DNA of 62,506 nucleotides, the filler included. It is 6 parts of 6 records of this genome, joined end to end, with 100 filler letters (N's around TTAATTAATTAA, not from the genome) between each part and the next. Parts side by side here need not be neighbours in the genome. Positions count along the whole stretch, not along the records: positions 10,561 to 19,294 come from SRR31156797_1758; positions 19,395 to 38,404 come from SRR31156797_1759; 4 more parts are not named here. One strand, 5' to 3'. A model generated the notes under the pieces. It saw only the letters and a program-made list of their open reading frames with translations, had not been told where the DNA came from and searched no databases. Made by a program: the position numbers and the translations under genes. Below are positions 11,122 to 20,840 of the stretch, in pieces (position 1 is the stretch's first letter; every line of letters begins with the position of its first letter).

Positions 11122-12303
11122 TTAACTTAGCGCTCTAAATATCTCAGCCAATTTTAACCTTTCTTTTTCCCAACTTAATTTTTCAAATATAGAATACGTG
11201 GCATTTATTAATTCGTTCTTTTTAGCAATATTAAGGTGATAATAATGTAATAATGATTCAGAGAGTGAGTAATAGTTTCCTGGTTCAAAGTACAATATGT
11301 CAGTATCTTTAAAATAATCTCTTATCCCTTTTGTTCTCGGAACAACAACTGGTGTTTTCATAGCAGTATATTCGAAAATCCTCGTTGGGAAATTCATTTC
11401 TGTAAATTCGTCCAGTTTGTTTGGTATTATTCCAATGTCGGATTCCGTAATTGCTTTTCTAATTAACTTTTGATCAACAAATCCATGGTAAAAAACAACA
11501 TTATTAATATTAAGCTTATTAATCATTTTTAACATGATATTAACAAAATCACCGTCTCCATAAATATGATATTCCACATCACAATCAATAAATTTGATCA
11601 CATCTTTTATAGCATATAAAGAATCGATTATACCATGCCTCTCAAAAATTGAACCATGAAACATAATTACAAACTTTGATCTATTATGTATATTAGATTC
11701 AACTGATGAAAATGACCTTCTGGTAGGAGTATTCATTACTATTTTAACTTTATTATATAAACAGGACCTTCTAGCGAATAATTCCTTAAAAGCTATATTA
11801 GGAGTAATAACGATGTCAGATACTTTTATGGACAAACGTTCTATTAATAAAAGGATTGTATATATAATCAAACCATTCCTTTTTTTAAACTTTGAAAGAT
11901 AAACTTCCGGTGTTGGATCATGCATATCTAACACTATTTTTTTTCCTAGTATTTTTGGAATTATAGCTATAAATACTAAAAAGTCTGGCATATTATGGAC
12001 ATGAATTATGTCATAATTATTTTTGGCATTATAATAATTAAATATTATAAACAATTTTATTAAGAAAAGAAGATATTCTATGAAATAATCTATAATATTT
12101 CCACGTTTCTTTTTGCTATAGATACTATATATATTTACATTGTTCAAATTTTCTACTGGACTATCAATATTTCGTTTCCCAAGGCAAAAAACGTCAACAA
12201 CATAACCCAATGATGACAATTCTTCAGCTTCTCTTTTCGGTCGTGGATCTTGACGGTAATAAGAGTAAATTATTGTGGCAATTCTTTTATTTCTACATTT
12301 CAC
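11122..12303 (-). CDS. glycosyltransferase family 4
   Basis: D.R..REA start, HVHNMPD, FHGSIFERHG, PTRIFEY; GT-B pattern. Confidence 0.88.
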   Translation of the reverse strand: MKCRNKRIATIIYSYYRQDPRPKREAEELSSLGYVVDVFCLGKRNIDSPVENLNNVNIYSIYSKKKRGNIIDYFIEYLLFLIKLFIIFNYYNAKNNYDIIHVHNMPDFLVFIAIIPKILGKKIVLDMHDPTPEVYLSKFKKRNGLIIYTILLLIERLSIKVSDIVITPNIAFKELFARRSCLYNKVKIVMNTPTRRSFSSVESNIHNRSKFVIMFHGSIFERHGIIDSLYAIKDVIKFIDCDVEYHIYGDGDFVNIMLKMINKLNINNVVFYHGFVDQKLIRKAITESDIGIIPNKLDEFTEMNFPTRIFEYTAMKTPVVVPRTKGIRDYFKDTDILYFEPGNYYSLSESLLHYYHLNIAKKNELINATYSIFEKLSWEKERLKLAEIFRALS

Positions 12304-12352
12304 GCAACTATAAACCTCATATTAATAAATTTTATAACATACTTCAATATTT

Positions 12353-13057
12353 TTATTCAGTTAAAACTATTATTGAAAACCCTCCTAACAATCGAACTGC
12401 AATATCATTATTTAATTTATATAGTATTTTTCGCGGTATTTTCATTAATTTTGGCTTAAGTCCAGAGTATGTTAGCTCAAACATTCTTTTAGTATAAAAA
12501 AAATCAATTATATTATGACCTGAATCTTCTAACGTTTCTAAAGCAAGCTCTTTATTAAAATAGTGAATATGACCAAACTCTTTACGACATTTAATAATTG
12601 GTTTGATGCGAAATAGTGACTGCACAGATAAATCTAAAGGTATGTGGAATATTTTTAGATTTCCAATTAATTTAATTCTTCTTAAAAAATCATATATATT
12701 TTCTACATGTTCTATTACATCTATCGCCATTACAACATCATATTTTTCTTTAACTTTATCTTCAAATTTTCCTAAAACAAAATTAATACCACAACTATTT
12801 CTTTCTAAACATTTATTATATGCAAATGATGATATTTCATATCCCGTATATTCAATATTATTTGAGTAATTTCTATGTAATTGAAAAAGTATTTCTCCAG
12901 ATCCACATCCTATTTCACAGATACTAATTGGGTGTATCATATTTCTTTTCAAAATATAAACTATCTGTTTTGCTTTCCAGGCAGAATGCTCCATGTGCAT
13001 CGAGACATTTCGCTCGTAATATTTATTGCTTGTATATAGATTCTCCATTAGCGTCAC
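12353..13057 (-). CDS. class I SAM-dependent methyltransferase
   Basis: EIGCGSG motif I, DVIEHV, GHIHYF. Confidence 0.88.
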   Translation of the reverse strand: MTLMENLYTSNKYYERNVSMHMEHSAWKAKQIVYILKRNMIHPISICEIGCGSGEILFQLHRNYSNNIEYTGYEISSFAYNKCLERNSCGINFVLGKFEDKVKEKYDVVMAIDVIEHVENIYDFLRRIKLIGNLKIFHIPLDLSVQSLFRIKPIIKCRKEFGHIHYFNKELALETLEDSGHNIIDFFYTKRMFELTYSGLKPKLMKIPRKILYKLNNDIAVRLLGGFSIIVLTE

Positions 13058-13064
13058 TTTTTTA

Positions 13065-13949
13065 TTATTTTTTTTTAATTAAAGATTTCAATTTTATTAT
13101 TTGCCTGTTTCTAATATATTCTAAATATTTTTTATCTATCAATATCTTTTCCTTTTTATAATACAATCTAAAATAACCTAAAATCCTATAAATACTACTC
13201 AATAATACAGGTTTCTCTAGTATCCTTTTAATATTTTTAGCAATTTCATATATAGGATGATATCCTATAGAATAGTCTCTTTTACCTAATTTAAATCTTG
13301 CTGTTAATACATTCTGACCCGTAGATCCTGACATTCTATGGTGAAATGCGATCAGGTCCTTATTAGGACTTACTTCCCACCCATGATACTCAGCCATACA
13401 GTTGGCCATTGTATCTTGGCCGCCATATTTCAATATTCTTAATCCGCCAATTTCTTCGAAACATTTAACTCGAAATGTTTGCACAGCCCCTGCAACCCAA
13501 TCATCAGAATTATACTCTCTTGGAGCGAATACTCCTTTATTTTTTTCGAATATTATACCCCCAGTGACACCTATTTCGGGTTTTTTCTTTAAAATCATCA
13601 GCAATTCATAAAAGTAGTTAGAATTGATTGTTATGTCTGCATCTAGAAACCCTATAAAGTCATACATTGTGTAGTTAATGCTACTATATCCATAAATTTG
13701 AGACTTAACCATATCTTCCATACTACCGATGTTTTTTTCTGGTTTTATTATTGCTTTTATAAATGAATGCTTCTTTGAATATTTTAATATTATTTCTTTA
13801 GTATTATCACTAGATCCATCATCTACTATTACCCATACAGAAGGCAATATCGTTTGGTTTAAAACTGACAATATTGTTTGTTCTAAATATTTGTCTTCAT
13901 TAAAAGCTGTAGTTATTAGTACGTATGTAGGCTTATATATCTTTTCCAT
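13065..13949 (-). CDS. glycosyltransferase family 2
   Basis: VDDGSSD and LDAD (DxD) motifs. Confidence 0.9.
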   Translation of the reverse strand: MEKIYKPTYVLITTAFNEDKYLEQTILSVLNQTILPSVWVIVDDGSSDNTKEIILKYSKKHSFIKAIIKPEKNIGSMEDMVKSQIYGYSSINYTMYDFIGFLDADITINSNYFYELLMILKKKPEIGVTGGIIFEKNKGVFAPREYNSDDWVAGAVQTFRVKCFEEIGGLRILKYGGQDTMANCMAEYHGWEVSPNKDLIAFHHRMSGSTGQNVLTARFKLGKRDYSIGYHPIYEIAKNIKRILEKPVLLSSIYRILGYFRLYYKKEKILIDKKYLEYIRNRQIIKLKSLIKKK

Positions 13950-15250
13950 TATCTTAAATACACTTTTTTTGGATTAAAGATTAAAAAATAAAATATGAAT
14001 AATATTGAAAAGGAATTAAGTCTATTAGCTAGAAATGGCTCTGTTAACAAACAAGGGACAAGTATTATTGTTGTTATTTGCATATAATGAAGCGAAATTA
14101 AATTCATTTTATTATCGTTTAATTTTTTCATTTTAATAGTATTCTTAATCGTATTATAAATAATTAGGAATAGCACAATAAGGCCGACTAAACCACATGT
14201 TAGAGTAATTTCTAGAAAGGTATTATGACAATGAGCTGGAAAGAAATCCATGTAAACATTACTATTCAATATTAAACGGCTTACTCCGTAACCATAACCA
14301 AATATTAAAGTGAAGTCTAACAACAATATTTTATCTAATGCAATGCGCCAAATATCTGTTCGCCCTGTCATTGAAAGTATTGTATCTAACTCTTGGTTTC
14401 GATTAAATAAATTAATTATTTGTATAACCGTGTCATTATCATTTACTCCTAATATTATAGTTGCAATTAAAATACTACATATTAGGGGGATTAAAAATAA
14501 CATCACATTCTTATTTTTATAATACAAATAAAGAAAGAAAGATAAGCATAAACAAATAATCGATATACGGCTTCTTGATAGGCAAACTACAGTTACAAAT
14601 ATAAGCCTTAATGACATTATAACTATTTTATTAACAATAAACGACCAATTTTGAAAAGATAACCAGAATGCACAAATCGACAATAAACTAATTTCAGTTG
14701 CATGCGTCACGCCCATACCTAGCCTCGAAGGCTCAGAAGACAACATTGTGTCACTTATAAAATGATTGTAGAAAGAAATCGAAGAGTCTTTAAGTATTAA
14801 GATAACTATAGTAAAAAAAATCCATTTTTCAATGACTACTATATCATTTATAGAAACTACATTTTTTAATGAGAATATCAAAAATATGCAATAACCAAAT
14901 ATTAATATAAAATATCCTATTATTGCAAAGGAATATTCTGAAAAGATTGAAGACAATAAGATAGATAATAAATAACATATTATCAATTTATCATGTTTAT
15001 TTAATACAATATTATGCTTAAGTTTTGAAATGTAATACAATCCAACAACAATACCAATCCCACTAACGATTAATCTTAACATTATCAATAAGTCAAAACT
15101 TGGCACGTCAGTATTATCTCGTATTCTAAAATAAGTTCCAAAAAGAATGAGGAACAAACATATCATTGCTGAGATGAATCCTACTGATTTATTATGACTT
15201 GCATTGAACATATTTCTATCATTTAAAATTATCAGGTATTTATATATCAT
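13949..15250 (-). CDS. wzy: O-antigen polymerase/ligase (Wzy_C family)
   Basis: Many TM helices; SRSR, TGR..IW, GYGYG, HCHN motifs. Confidence 0.8.
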   Translation of the reverse strand: MIYKYLIILNDRNMFNASHNKSVGFISAMICLFLILFGTYFRIRDNTDVPSFDLLIMLRLIVSGIGIVVGLYYISKLKHNIVLNKHDKLIICYLLSILLSSIFSEYSFAIIGYFILIFGYCIFLIFSLKNVVSINDIVVIEKWIFFTIVILILKDSSISFYNHFISDTMLSSEPSRLGMGVTHATEISLLSICAFWLSFQNWSFIVNKIVIMSLRLIFVTVVCLSRSRISIICLCLSFFLYLYYKNKNVMLFLIPLICSILIATIILGVNDNDTVIQIINLFNRNQELDTILSMTGRTDIWRIALDKILLLDFTLIFGYGYGVSRLILNSNVYMDFFPAHCHNTFLEITLTCGLVGLIVLFLIIYNTIKNTIKMKKLNDNKMNLISLHYMQITTIILVPCLLTEPFLANRLNSFSILFIFYFLIFNPKKVYLR

Positions 15251-16404
15251 TCGTAATAAATTTTCAACATTTCACAAATCAATTCAAGATCACTGCCTTT
15301 CATTTCTGGAAACATTGGTAATGATATACTTGTTCTTGCATGTTCTTCTGAAATTGGATACAAACCACTGTTTAAGTTCAAAAATCTATAAGCATCTTGC
15401 AAATGAATTGGTGTAGGATAATGAATGCCACAACTTATTCCATTATTTTCTAAATATTTTATCAAATTATCCCTTTCTCTAAATTTTATGGAATATATAT
15501 GATAAACATGATAAGACTTATCAGATTCAATTGGCAATCCGATTCCATTTAATTCTTTCAGATTTTCATAGTATATTGACGCAACTCTTCTACGATTCTC
15601 ATTCCATTGATTAAGGTATTTCAATTTGACACTCAGCACTGCTCCTTGAAAACCATCCATTCTACTATTGCATCCAATATATTTATGTATATATTTTCTC
15701 TCCTGCCCATGGTTTCTAAGCATCTTGACCTTATTCGCTAAATTTTCGTTATTTGTTATAATTGCACCTGCTTCTCCATAAGCTCCCAAATTCTTGCCAG
15801 GATAAAATGAAAAAGTTGCCATCTCACCAAATTCGCCAGGTGATTTTCGATCATGTTTTGAACCATGGGCCTGGGCCGCGTCTTCAACAATACTTAAGTT
15901 ATAGGATTTCGCTATCTCGTCTATTTTATCCATTTCAGCCATTTGACCATAAAGATGGACCGGCACTATTGCCTTTATAGATCTTTTAGATTTTTTGTTA
16001 ATTACTGTTTTAGAAACTGTATCATATTCACATTCAGATTCCAGAAAGCGTTGCAAGTTGGCAGGATCCATATTGTAACTTATTGGATCTATGTCTACAA
16101 ATACTGGAGTTGCACCACAAAAACTTATAGCCTCTGCTGTAGCTATAAATGTATTTGGTACAGTTATGACTTCATCGCCAGGACCAACTTCAAGTGAAAG
16201 CAAGCTGAGCCATAACGCTTCCGTGCCACTCCCGACGCCTATTGCATACTTGCAGTTACAGAATTGAGAAAATTCATTCTCGAATTTTTCTACAAATTTA
16301 CCGCCGGCAAATGCACAACTGTTCAAGACCTGCTGTATAGCATCATCAATTTCTTCTTTTATTGATTCATATTGAGCTTTAAGATCAAGAAAAGGTACGT
16401 TCAT
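15247..16404 (-). CDS. DegT/DnrJ/EryC1 sugar aminotransferase (WbpE/WlbC-like)
   Basis: VPFLDL, EDAAQAHG, SFYPGKNLG (PLP lysine). Confidence 0.93.
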   Translation of the reverse strand: MNVPFLDLKAQYESIKEEIDDAIQQVLNSCAFAGGKFVEKFENEFSQFCNCKYAIGVGSGTEALWLSLLSLEVGPGDEVITVPNTFIATAEAISFCGATPVFVDIDPISYNMDPANLQRFLESECEYDTVSKTVINKKSKRSIKAIVPVHLYGQMAEMDKIDEIAKSYNLSIVEDAAQAHGSKHDRKSPGEFGEMATFSFYPGKNLGAYGEAGAIITNNENLANKVKMLRNHGQERKYIHKYIGCNSRMDGFQGAVLSVKLKYLNQWNENRRRVASIYYENLKELNGIGLPIESDKSYHVYHIYSIKFRERDNLIKYLENNGISCGIHYPTPIHLQDAYRFLNLNSGLYPISEEHARTSISLPMFPEMKGSDLELICEMLKIYYE

Positions 16405-16406
16405 TT

Positions 16407-16907
16407 CTACACCTGAATTCTATTTTTACTTGTAATTTTCGCTGGGTTGCCTACAACAATAGTATTGGCGGGTACATCGTTACATACTACTGAGCCTGCA
16501 CCGATTGTTGAGAACACTCCTATTGTAACTCCACATAGTATTGTTGCGCTAGATCCTATGGATGCTCCTTTTTTTACTATTGTTTCTATGCATTCCCAAT
16601 CATCTTCTGTTTGAAGGCCCCCATTTTCTGTTGTCGCCCGTGGGTAAAGATCATTTATGAAAGTTACATTGTGGCCAATAAATACTTCATCCTCAATTGT
16701 CACGCCTTCGCAAATGAAACTATGGCTTGATATTTTGCAGTTTCTTCCTATTTTTGCATTTTTTTGGATTTCTACAAAAGTTCCTATTTTTGAATTGTCC
16801 CCTATTGTACAACCATAAAGATTTACAAAATCATATATCCTGACATCCTTGCCGAGGATTACATCGTCTGAAATATTCTGATTCATCTGCCTAATCTCTT
16901 TTCTCAT
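16407..16907 (-). CDS. hexapeptide-repeat N-acetyltransferase (WbpD/WlbB-like)
   Basis: Left-handed beta-helix repeats, FIND..PR, VVGNPA. Confidence 0.9.
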   Translation of the reverse strand: MRKEIRQMNQNISDDVILGKDVRIYDFVNLYGCTIGDNSKIGTFVEIQKNAKIGRNCKISSHSFICEGVTIEDEVFIGHNVTFINDLYPRATTENGGLQTEDDWECIETIVKKGASIGSSATILCGVTIGVFSTIGAGSVVCNDVPANTIVVGNPAKITSKNRIQV

Positions 16908-16908
16908 T

Positions 16909-17943
16909 TTATATTCGTCCGTTAACTATCTCTACAGCGCCGCCATGGTTGCTTAATGATTTTGTTGAAGCCTCCAAAATTTTAACCACTTCCAAGCCGT
17001 CATACCCGCTTGTTAAAGGCTTCCTATCCTGGTTAATTGCGTCTATGAATTCCTGGGTCTCGAGTTTAAGCGGCTCTGTCTGCTTTATGTATGGGGAATA
17101 AATATCTCCATAATGATACGAATAGTGAAATTCCGCAAAGGTATCATAATGAGGCGGTGTTTCGACTCGCTTGTCATATATTTTGATTTTTTCGTTTTGT
17201 TCTATGTCATCATAAAGCAGCATTCTCTTGTCGCCGACAAAAGTCATATCCCTTATCTTATTCGGGTCCAGCCAACTGCTTTGAATTGTGGCAAATCCGC
17301 CATTTGAGAAATTGAGCGTCATATTTGTTATATCTTCCACATCTTTATGAACGTGTGATTTACCCTGGCAATTTACCGATATTGGCGATTCACCCATTAC
17401 ATATAGAATTATAGAAATGTCATGTGGAGCCAGATCCCAGGTGACGTTAATATCTTTTTGAAAGAGGCCAAGGTTTAATCTTCTGGAACTTATATAAAGT
17501 AAATCGCCGATATCCTTGCTTTTTACTATTTCCTTTATTTTTCGAACCGGCGCTGAATATATAAATGTATGCCCGACCATTAAAACTAACTTTTTCTTTT
17601 CCGATAACTCCAGCAGATCCAAGCATTGATCGGAAGACGCAGCCATGGGCTTTTCTATCAACACGTGTTTGCCCTTTTGCAGAACGCTTTTTGCAACCTC
17701 ATAATGTGTAGCAACAGGCGTGGCGATGGCAACTGCATCTATTTCTTTACTATCAATTACATCCTTAATTTCACTTGTTGTGGTAATGGAAGGATACAAG
17801 TTATTTATATGCTTTAATCTTGCTTCCGACAAGTCACATACTTTCGATACGTTACAGTTCTCAAGAGAATGGAAATTCCTTATTAAATTTGGCCCCCAAT
17901 AGCCGCAGCCAACAACTCCTATATTCAACATGATACTCTCCAA
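16909..17943 (-). CDS. Gfo/Idh/MocA oxidoreductase (WbpB/WlbA-like)
   Basis: GCGYWG, EKPM, DLAPHD. Confidence 0.92.
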   Translation of the reverse strand: MESIMLNIGVVGCGYWGPNLIRNFHSLENCNVSKVCDLSEARLKHINNLYPSITTTSEIKDVIDSKEIDAVAIATPVATHYEVAKSVLQKGKHVLIEKPMAASSDQCLDLLELSEKKKLVLMVGHTFIYSAPVRKIKEIVKSKDIGDLLYISSRRLNLGLFQKDINVTWDLAPHDISIILYVMGESPISVNCQGKSHVHKDVEDITNMTLNFSNGGFATIQSSWLDPNKIRDMTFVGDKRMLLYDDIEQNEKIKIYDKRVETPPHYDTFAEFHYSYHYGDIYSPYIKQTEPLKLETQEFIDAINQDRKPLTSGYDGLEVVKILEASTKSLSNHGGAVEIVNGRI

Positions 17944-17947
17944 ACTA

Positions 17948-18706
17948 TTATTTATTTAATATCATTTTGATTATTTCAAACGGCGTCTTAAATATTATAT
18001 ATAGATCCAAAATAAGAGACTGATCTTCCGAGTAATTGACATCCAGCCTGATCATTTCATTAAACGTTAGTTTGTTTTTTCCGCTAACCTGCCAAAGCCC
18101 TGTCATTCCCGGCAATACATTAAACCTGTTTTTGTACCACTGATAATAACTTTCGTATTCATACCTGATTGGCGGCCTGGGCCCTACAAGGCTCATTTCC
18201 CCCTTTAATACATTTATTAGCTGCGGCAATTCATCCAGGCAACTCGATCTGAGTATCTTGGCATGAGGTATCAAATTTGGATCTTCTTCATCCAATTTTT
18301 CCATTGGTTTTGAATCGCTTCCGTTGTCGCAGCTTTTGATTAGGTTTTTTAAATAATTTTCATGCTGTTTTGTTTCGCACTTGTGATGCATTGTTCTGAA
18401 TTTCCAGAATGTAAACGGTTTTTCACCATATCCAATTCTTTCCTGCTTAAAGAATATAGGGCCTGGTGACACTATCTTTATATAAATGCCAATCATTAAA
18501 ATCAGTGGGGCAAACAACACCAGTGCTGTTATGGCGCCGAAAATATCCATGAGTCTTTTCCAAACCGGATACTGCTTAACCAGAATATCTTCCATGGGCA
18601 ACACTTCCAATTGCGATACGGAAATGCTGTTTTCATTTATACCGGCATTTTCTCCTTGATCTAATACTGTAGGCCCGTTTATATATAGTATAGTTCCGCT
18701 ATCCAT
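17948..18706 (-). CDS. priming sugar (phosphoglycosyl) transferase
   Basis: KRLMDI, KFRTM, LDELPQL.NVLKGEMSLVGPRP, PGMTGLWQVSG; GAGGA RBS. Confidence 0.93.
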   Translation of the reverse strand: MDSGTILYINGPTVLDQGENAGINENSISVSQLEVLPMEDILVKQYPVWKRLMDIFGAITALVLFAPLILMIGIYIKIVSPGPIFFKQERIGYGEKPFTFWKFRTMHHKCETKQHENYLKNLIKSCDNGSDSKPMEKLDEEDPNLIPHAKILRSSCLDELPQLINVLKGEMSLVGPRPPIRYEYESYYQWYKNRFNVLPGMTGLWQVSGKNKLTFNEMIRLDVNYSEDQSLILDLYIIFKTPFEIIKMILNK

Positions 18707-18729
18707 GGTTCTTGTCCTCTTAAATCTAC

Positions 18730-19152
18730 CTAAATCGCCTTTGCCTTTTTGCCGTTTTCTTCATATGGATAGGTATATATGGTACAAAGATCTTTTACAT
18801 TTGCTGTTCTTAATTCTTGGCAGATATGGTTTAACAAGCCGCATGCTCCTTCCAAATCCGTCTCCGGCAATACTATCCCCAGGCTTGTACTGTTGTACCA
18901 GCCCGTTTCGTCTGTTTTTCTCAGCCTGTTATTTATTATGCTATAAACGCTATAGGCTATATCAGATGAAAGTCCATATTGCTTAAGATCGATGACTAAT
19001 AGCGAGAATGGATTGTTTGTTCTATCCGACCTGGCTCTTTCCTTTTCCAGTATTTTCTGTAAATCATTCTGGTCATGGACGCCGAGTAAAAAGGAAGACC
19101 CGCTTCCATTTGATTTTTTGAATAGGTTGAAGATGTTTAACATGTGTAACAC
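18730..19152 (-). CDS. degenerate GGDEF-like domain protein
   Basis: E..R..R...FSLLVID, RLRKTD..GW, GIVLPET..EGA follow the GGDEF fold, but the GGDEF motif is replaced by NSTSL. Confidence 0.6.
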   Translation of the reverse strand: MLHMLNIFNLFKKSNGSGSSFLLGVHDQNDLQKILEKERARSDRTNNPFSLLVIDLKQYGLSSDIAYSVYSIINNRLRKTDETGWYNSTSLGIVLPETDLEGACGLLNHICQELRTANVKDLCTIYTYPYEENGKKAKAI

Positions 19153-19264
19153 CTCTTGGTTCGCCTTTTTCTTTTGCCATTAATTGAGTAATGTTGTGTG
19201 TTTTAGTCTCTGATAACTGATGCAATCCCTTTTGAATAAATCCTTTGATGTTTGCATTTTCAAT

Positions 19265-19294
19265 GAGATTGCCGCAGTCGCTTCGCTCCTTCGC
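19265..19294. repeat. partial interspersed palindromic repeat at contig end
   Basis: GAGATTGCCGCAGTCGCTTCGCTCCTTCGC resembles the widespread GAGATTGCC..CGCTTCGCTCCTCGCAATGAC repeat; the contig ends inside it. Confidence 0.5.
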
Positions 19295-19394
19295 NNNNNN
19301 NNNNNNNNNNNNNNNNNNNNNNNNNNNNNNNNNNNNNNTTAATTAATTAANNNNNNNNNNNNNNNNNNNNNNNNNNNNNNNNNNNNNNNNNNNN
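19295..19394. other. artificial contig-joining spacer
   Basis: N44-TTAATTAATTAA-N44. Confidence 0.98.
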
Positions 19395-19425
19395 TTTCAA
19401 CGTTTTTTATGCCTGAGTAGTTACA
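19395..19425. mobile_element. putative IS terminus (terminal inverted repeat) at left end of contig C
   Basis: ATGCCTGAGTAGTTACAA (19409-19426) is the exact reverse complement of 38376-38393 at the other end of the contig. Confidence 0.7.
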
Positions 19426-19433
19426 ATAATTTT

Positions 19434-20840
19434 TTAAGAAAAAACGTTTTTCATTAATTTTTTGATTATTTCATTATTTTCTTTCCACACATATAAAGAT
19501 ATTACAATTAAAATTAAATATCTTATTACAAAAAGTTCATACATCGATTGCAATAAGATACCTATTACAAAAAGTAAACAAAAGTACATACTTATTTTTT
19601 TTATATCAAATACTCTCTTTTCAAAAGATATTTTTGAACCCCAATAATGAAATATCATTAACCCTAAATATCCAATAAAAGTAGTATAACCAGCTGCCAC
19701 AAAACCATATTTAGGTATAAAAATCATATTTAAAACAAAATTCAATAAAGCACTCATAATCGAGCCAATCGCCATTAATTTTGTATTATCAGTATACACC
19801 TCAACACAAGCAAATGTTTGATACTGAAATTGACAGTAACATCCTAACACAATTGGCAATACAATCCACCTAGCTTCATAGAAGCTAGGTGGACCTAATA
19901 TTTTCAAAGCTTCAGGTGCTACACCAATAAGGGCAAGTGATATGAAGGTAACAAATAAAGAAACACCACTCGTAATTTTTTTAATTGAAGCGAAATTTTG
20001 AGATTTTAAATTATAAAAAATTTCTGGTTGAATTGCTTCATTAATCGAATTTGTTAGTAGAGACATCAATAAACCATATGTAACACCAAAGCTATAAATC
20101 CCATTTTTTGAATTTCCAATATATCTTGTTATCATTAATCTATCAATTTGAGCTAAAGCAATCATGGATAGAGAATGTGGAATCATTGGCAATGATAACT
20201 TTAACGCCTTTTTCCAATACTTTTTTTTATAAAAACATTTTCCTGCAAGTAATATTTTAAGATAATAGTACACTCCTAAAATCAACATCGGTAAAGCTAA
20301 CCCTAAAATTCTTCCTATATATTTGCTATTATTAAATTTGTATATAAAAAAAAACGAGAAACTTATTGACATAACAATATTAAGTACAGAAATTCCCATA
20401 TTAGACTTATATTTATACTCGAATCTATATTTTGCCTGAATAAATGAAACTGATTGAAAAAAAACTAAATAAACTCCCATAAGAATAATTAATTTTCTAT
20501 CTAAGTTCATTATTCTTTCGAAAAATTTTAAATTAAATATAAGTAAAGTAACTACTAACCCTGCAGAGATAGTTCCTAAGCTTTGTATGGAAGATAAAAA
20601 ACTTTCAAAATCATTTGAATAATCAACTTTTCCTTTTACTACCGACACCCCTAGACCCATCCCGGAAATGCACGAAATTATTCCTACCCATGCAAAGAAG
20701 TTGCTCGTAATCCCGTAATCAGAAGAAGTCAATATTCTTGTAAAAATCGGTGTAGTTATAATACTGATTCCTCTAATGAGATAATTTGACACTGTATATA
20801 CAGCTGCAGCTTTTACTACTTTATTTTTCATTATAATCAA
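19434..20840 (-). CDS. wzx: polysaccharide flippase
   Basis: ITTPIFTRILT..DYG, PMIPH.LS, DRLMI, GIYS, PKYGFVAA; many TM helices. Confidence 0.9.
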   Translation of the reverse strand: MIIMKNKVVKAAAVYTVSNYLIRGISIITTPIFTRILTSSDYGITSNFFAWVGIISCISGMGLGVSVVKGKVDYSNDFESFLSSIQSLGTISAGLVVTLLIFNLKFFERIMNLDRKLIILMGVYLVFFQSVSFIQAKYRFEYKYKSNMGISVLNIVMSISFSFFFIYKFNNSKYIGRILGLALPMLILGVYYYLKILLAGKCFYKKKYWKKALKLSLPMIPHSLSMIALAQIDRLMITRYIGNSKNGIYSFGVTYGLLMSLLTNSINEAIQPEIFYNLKSQNFASIKKITSGVSLFVTFISLALIGVAPEALKILGPPSFYEARWIVLPIVLGCYCQFQYQTFACVEVYTDNTKLMAIGSIMSALLNFVLNMIFIPKYGFVAAGYTTFIGYLGLMIFHYWGSKISFEKRVFDIKKISMYFCLLFVIGILLQSMYELFVIRYLILIVISLYVWKENNEIIKKLMKNVFS

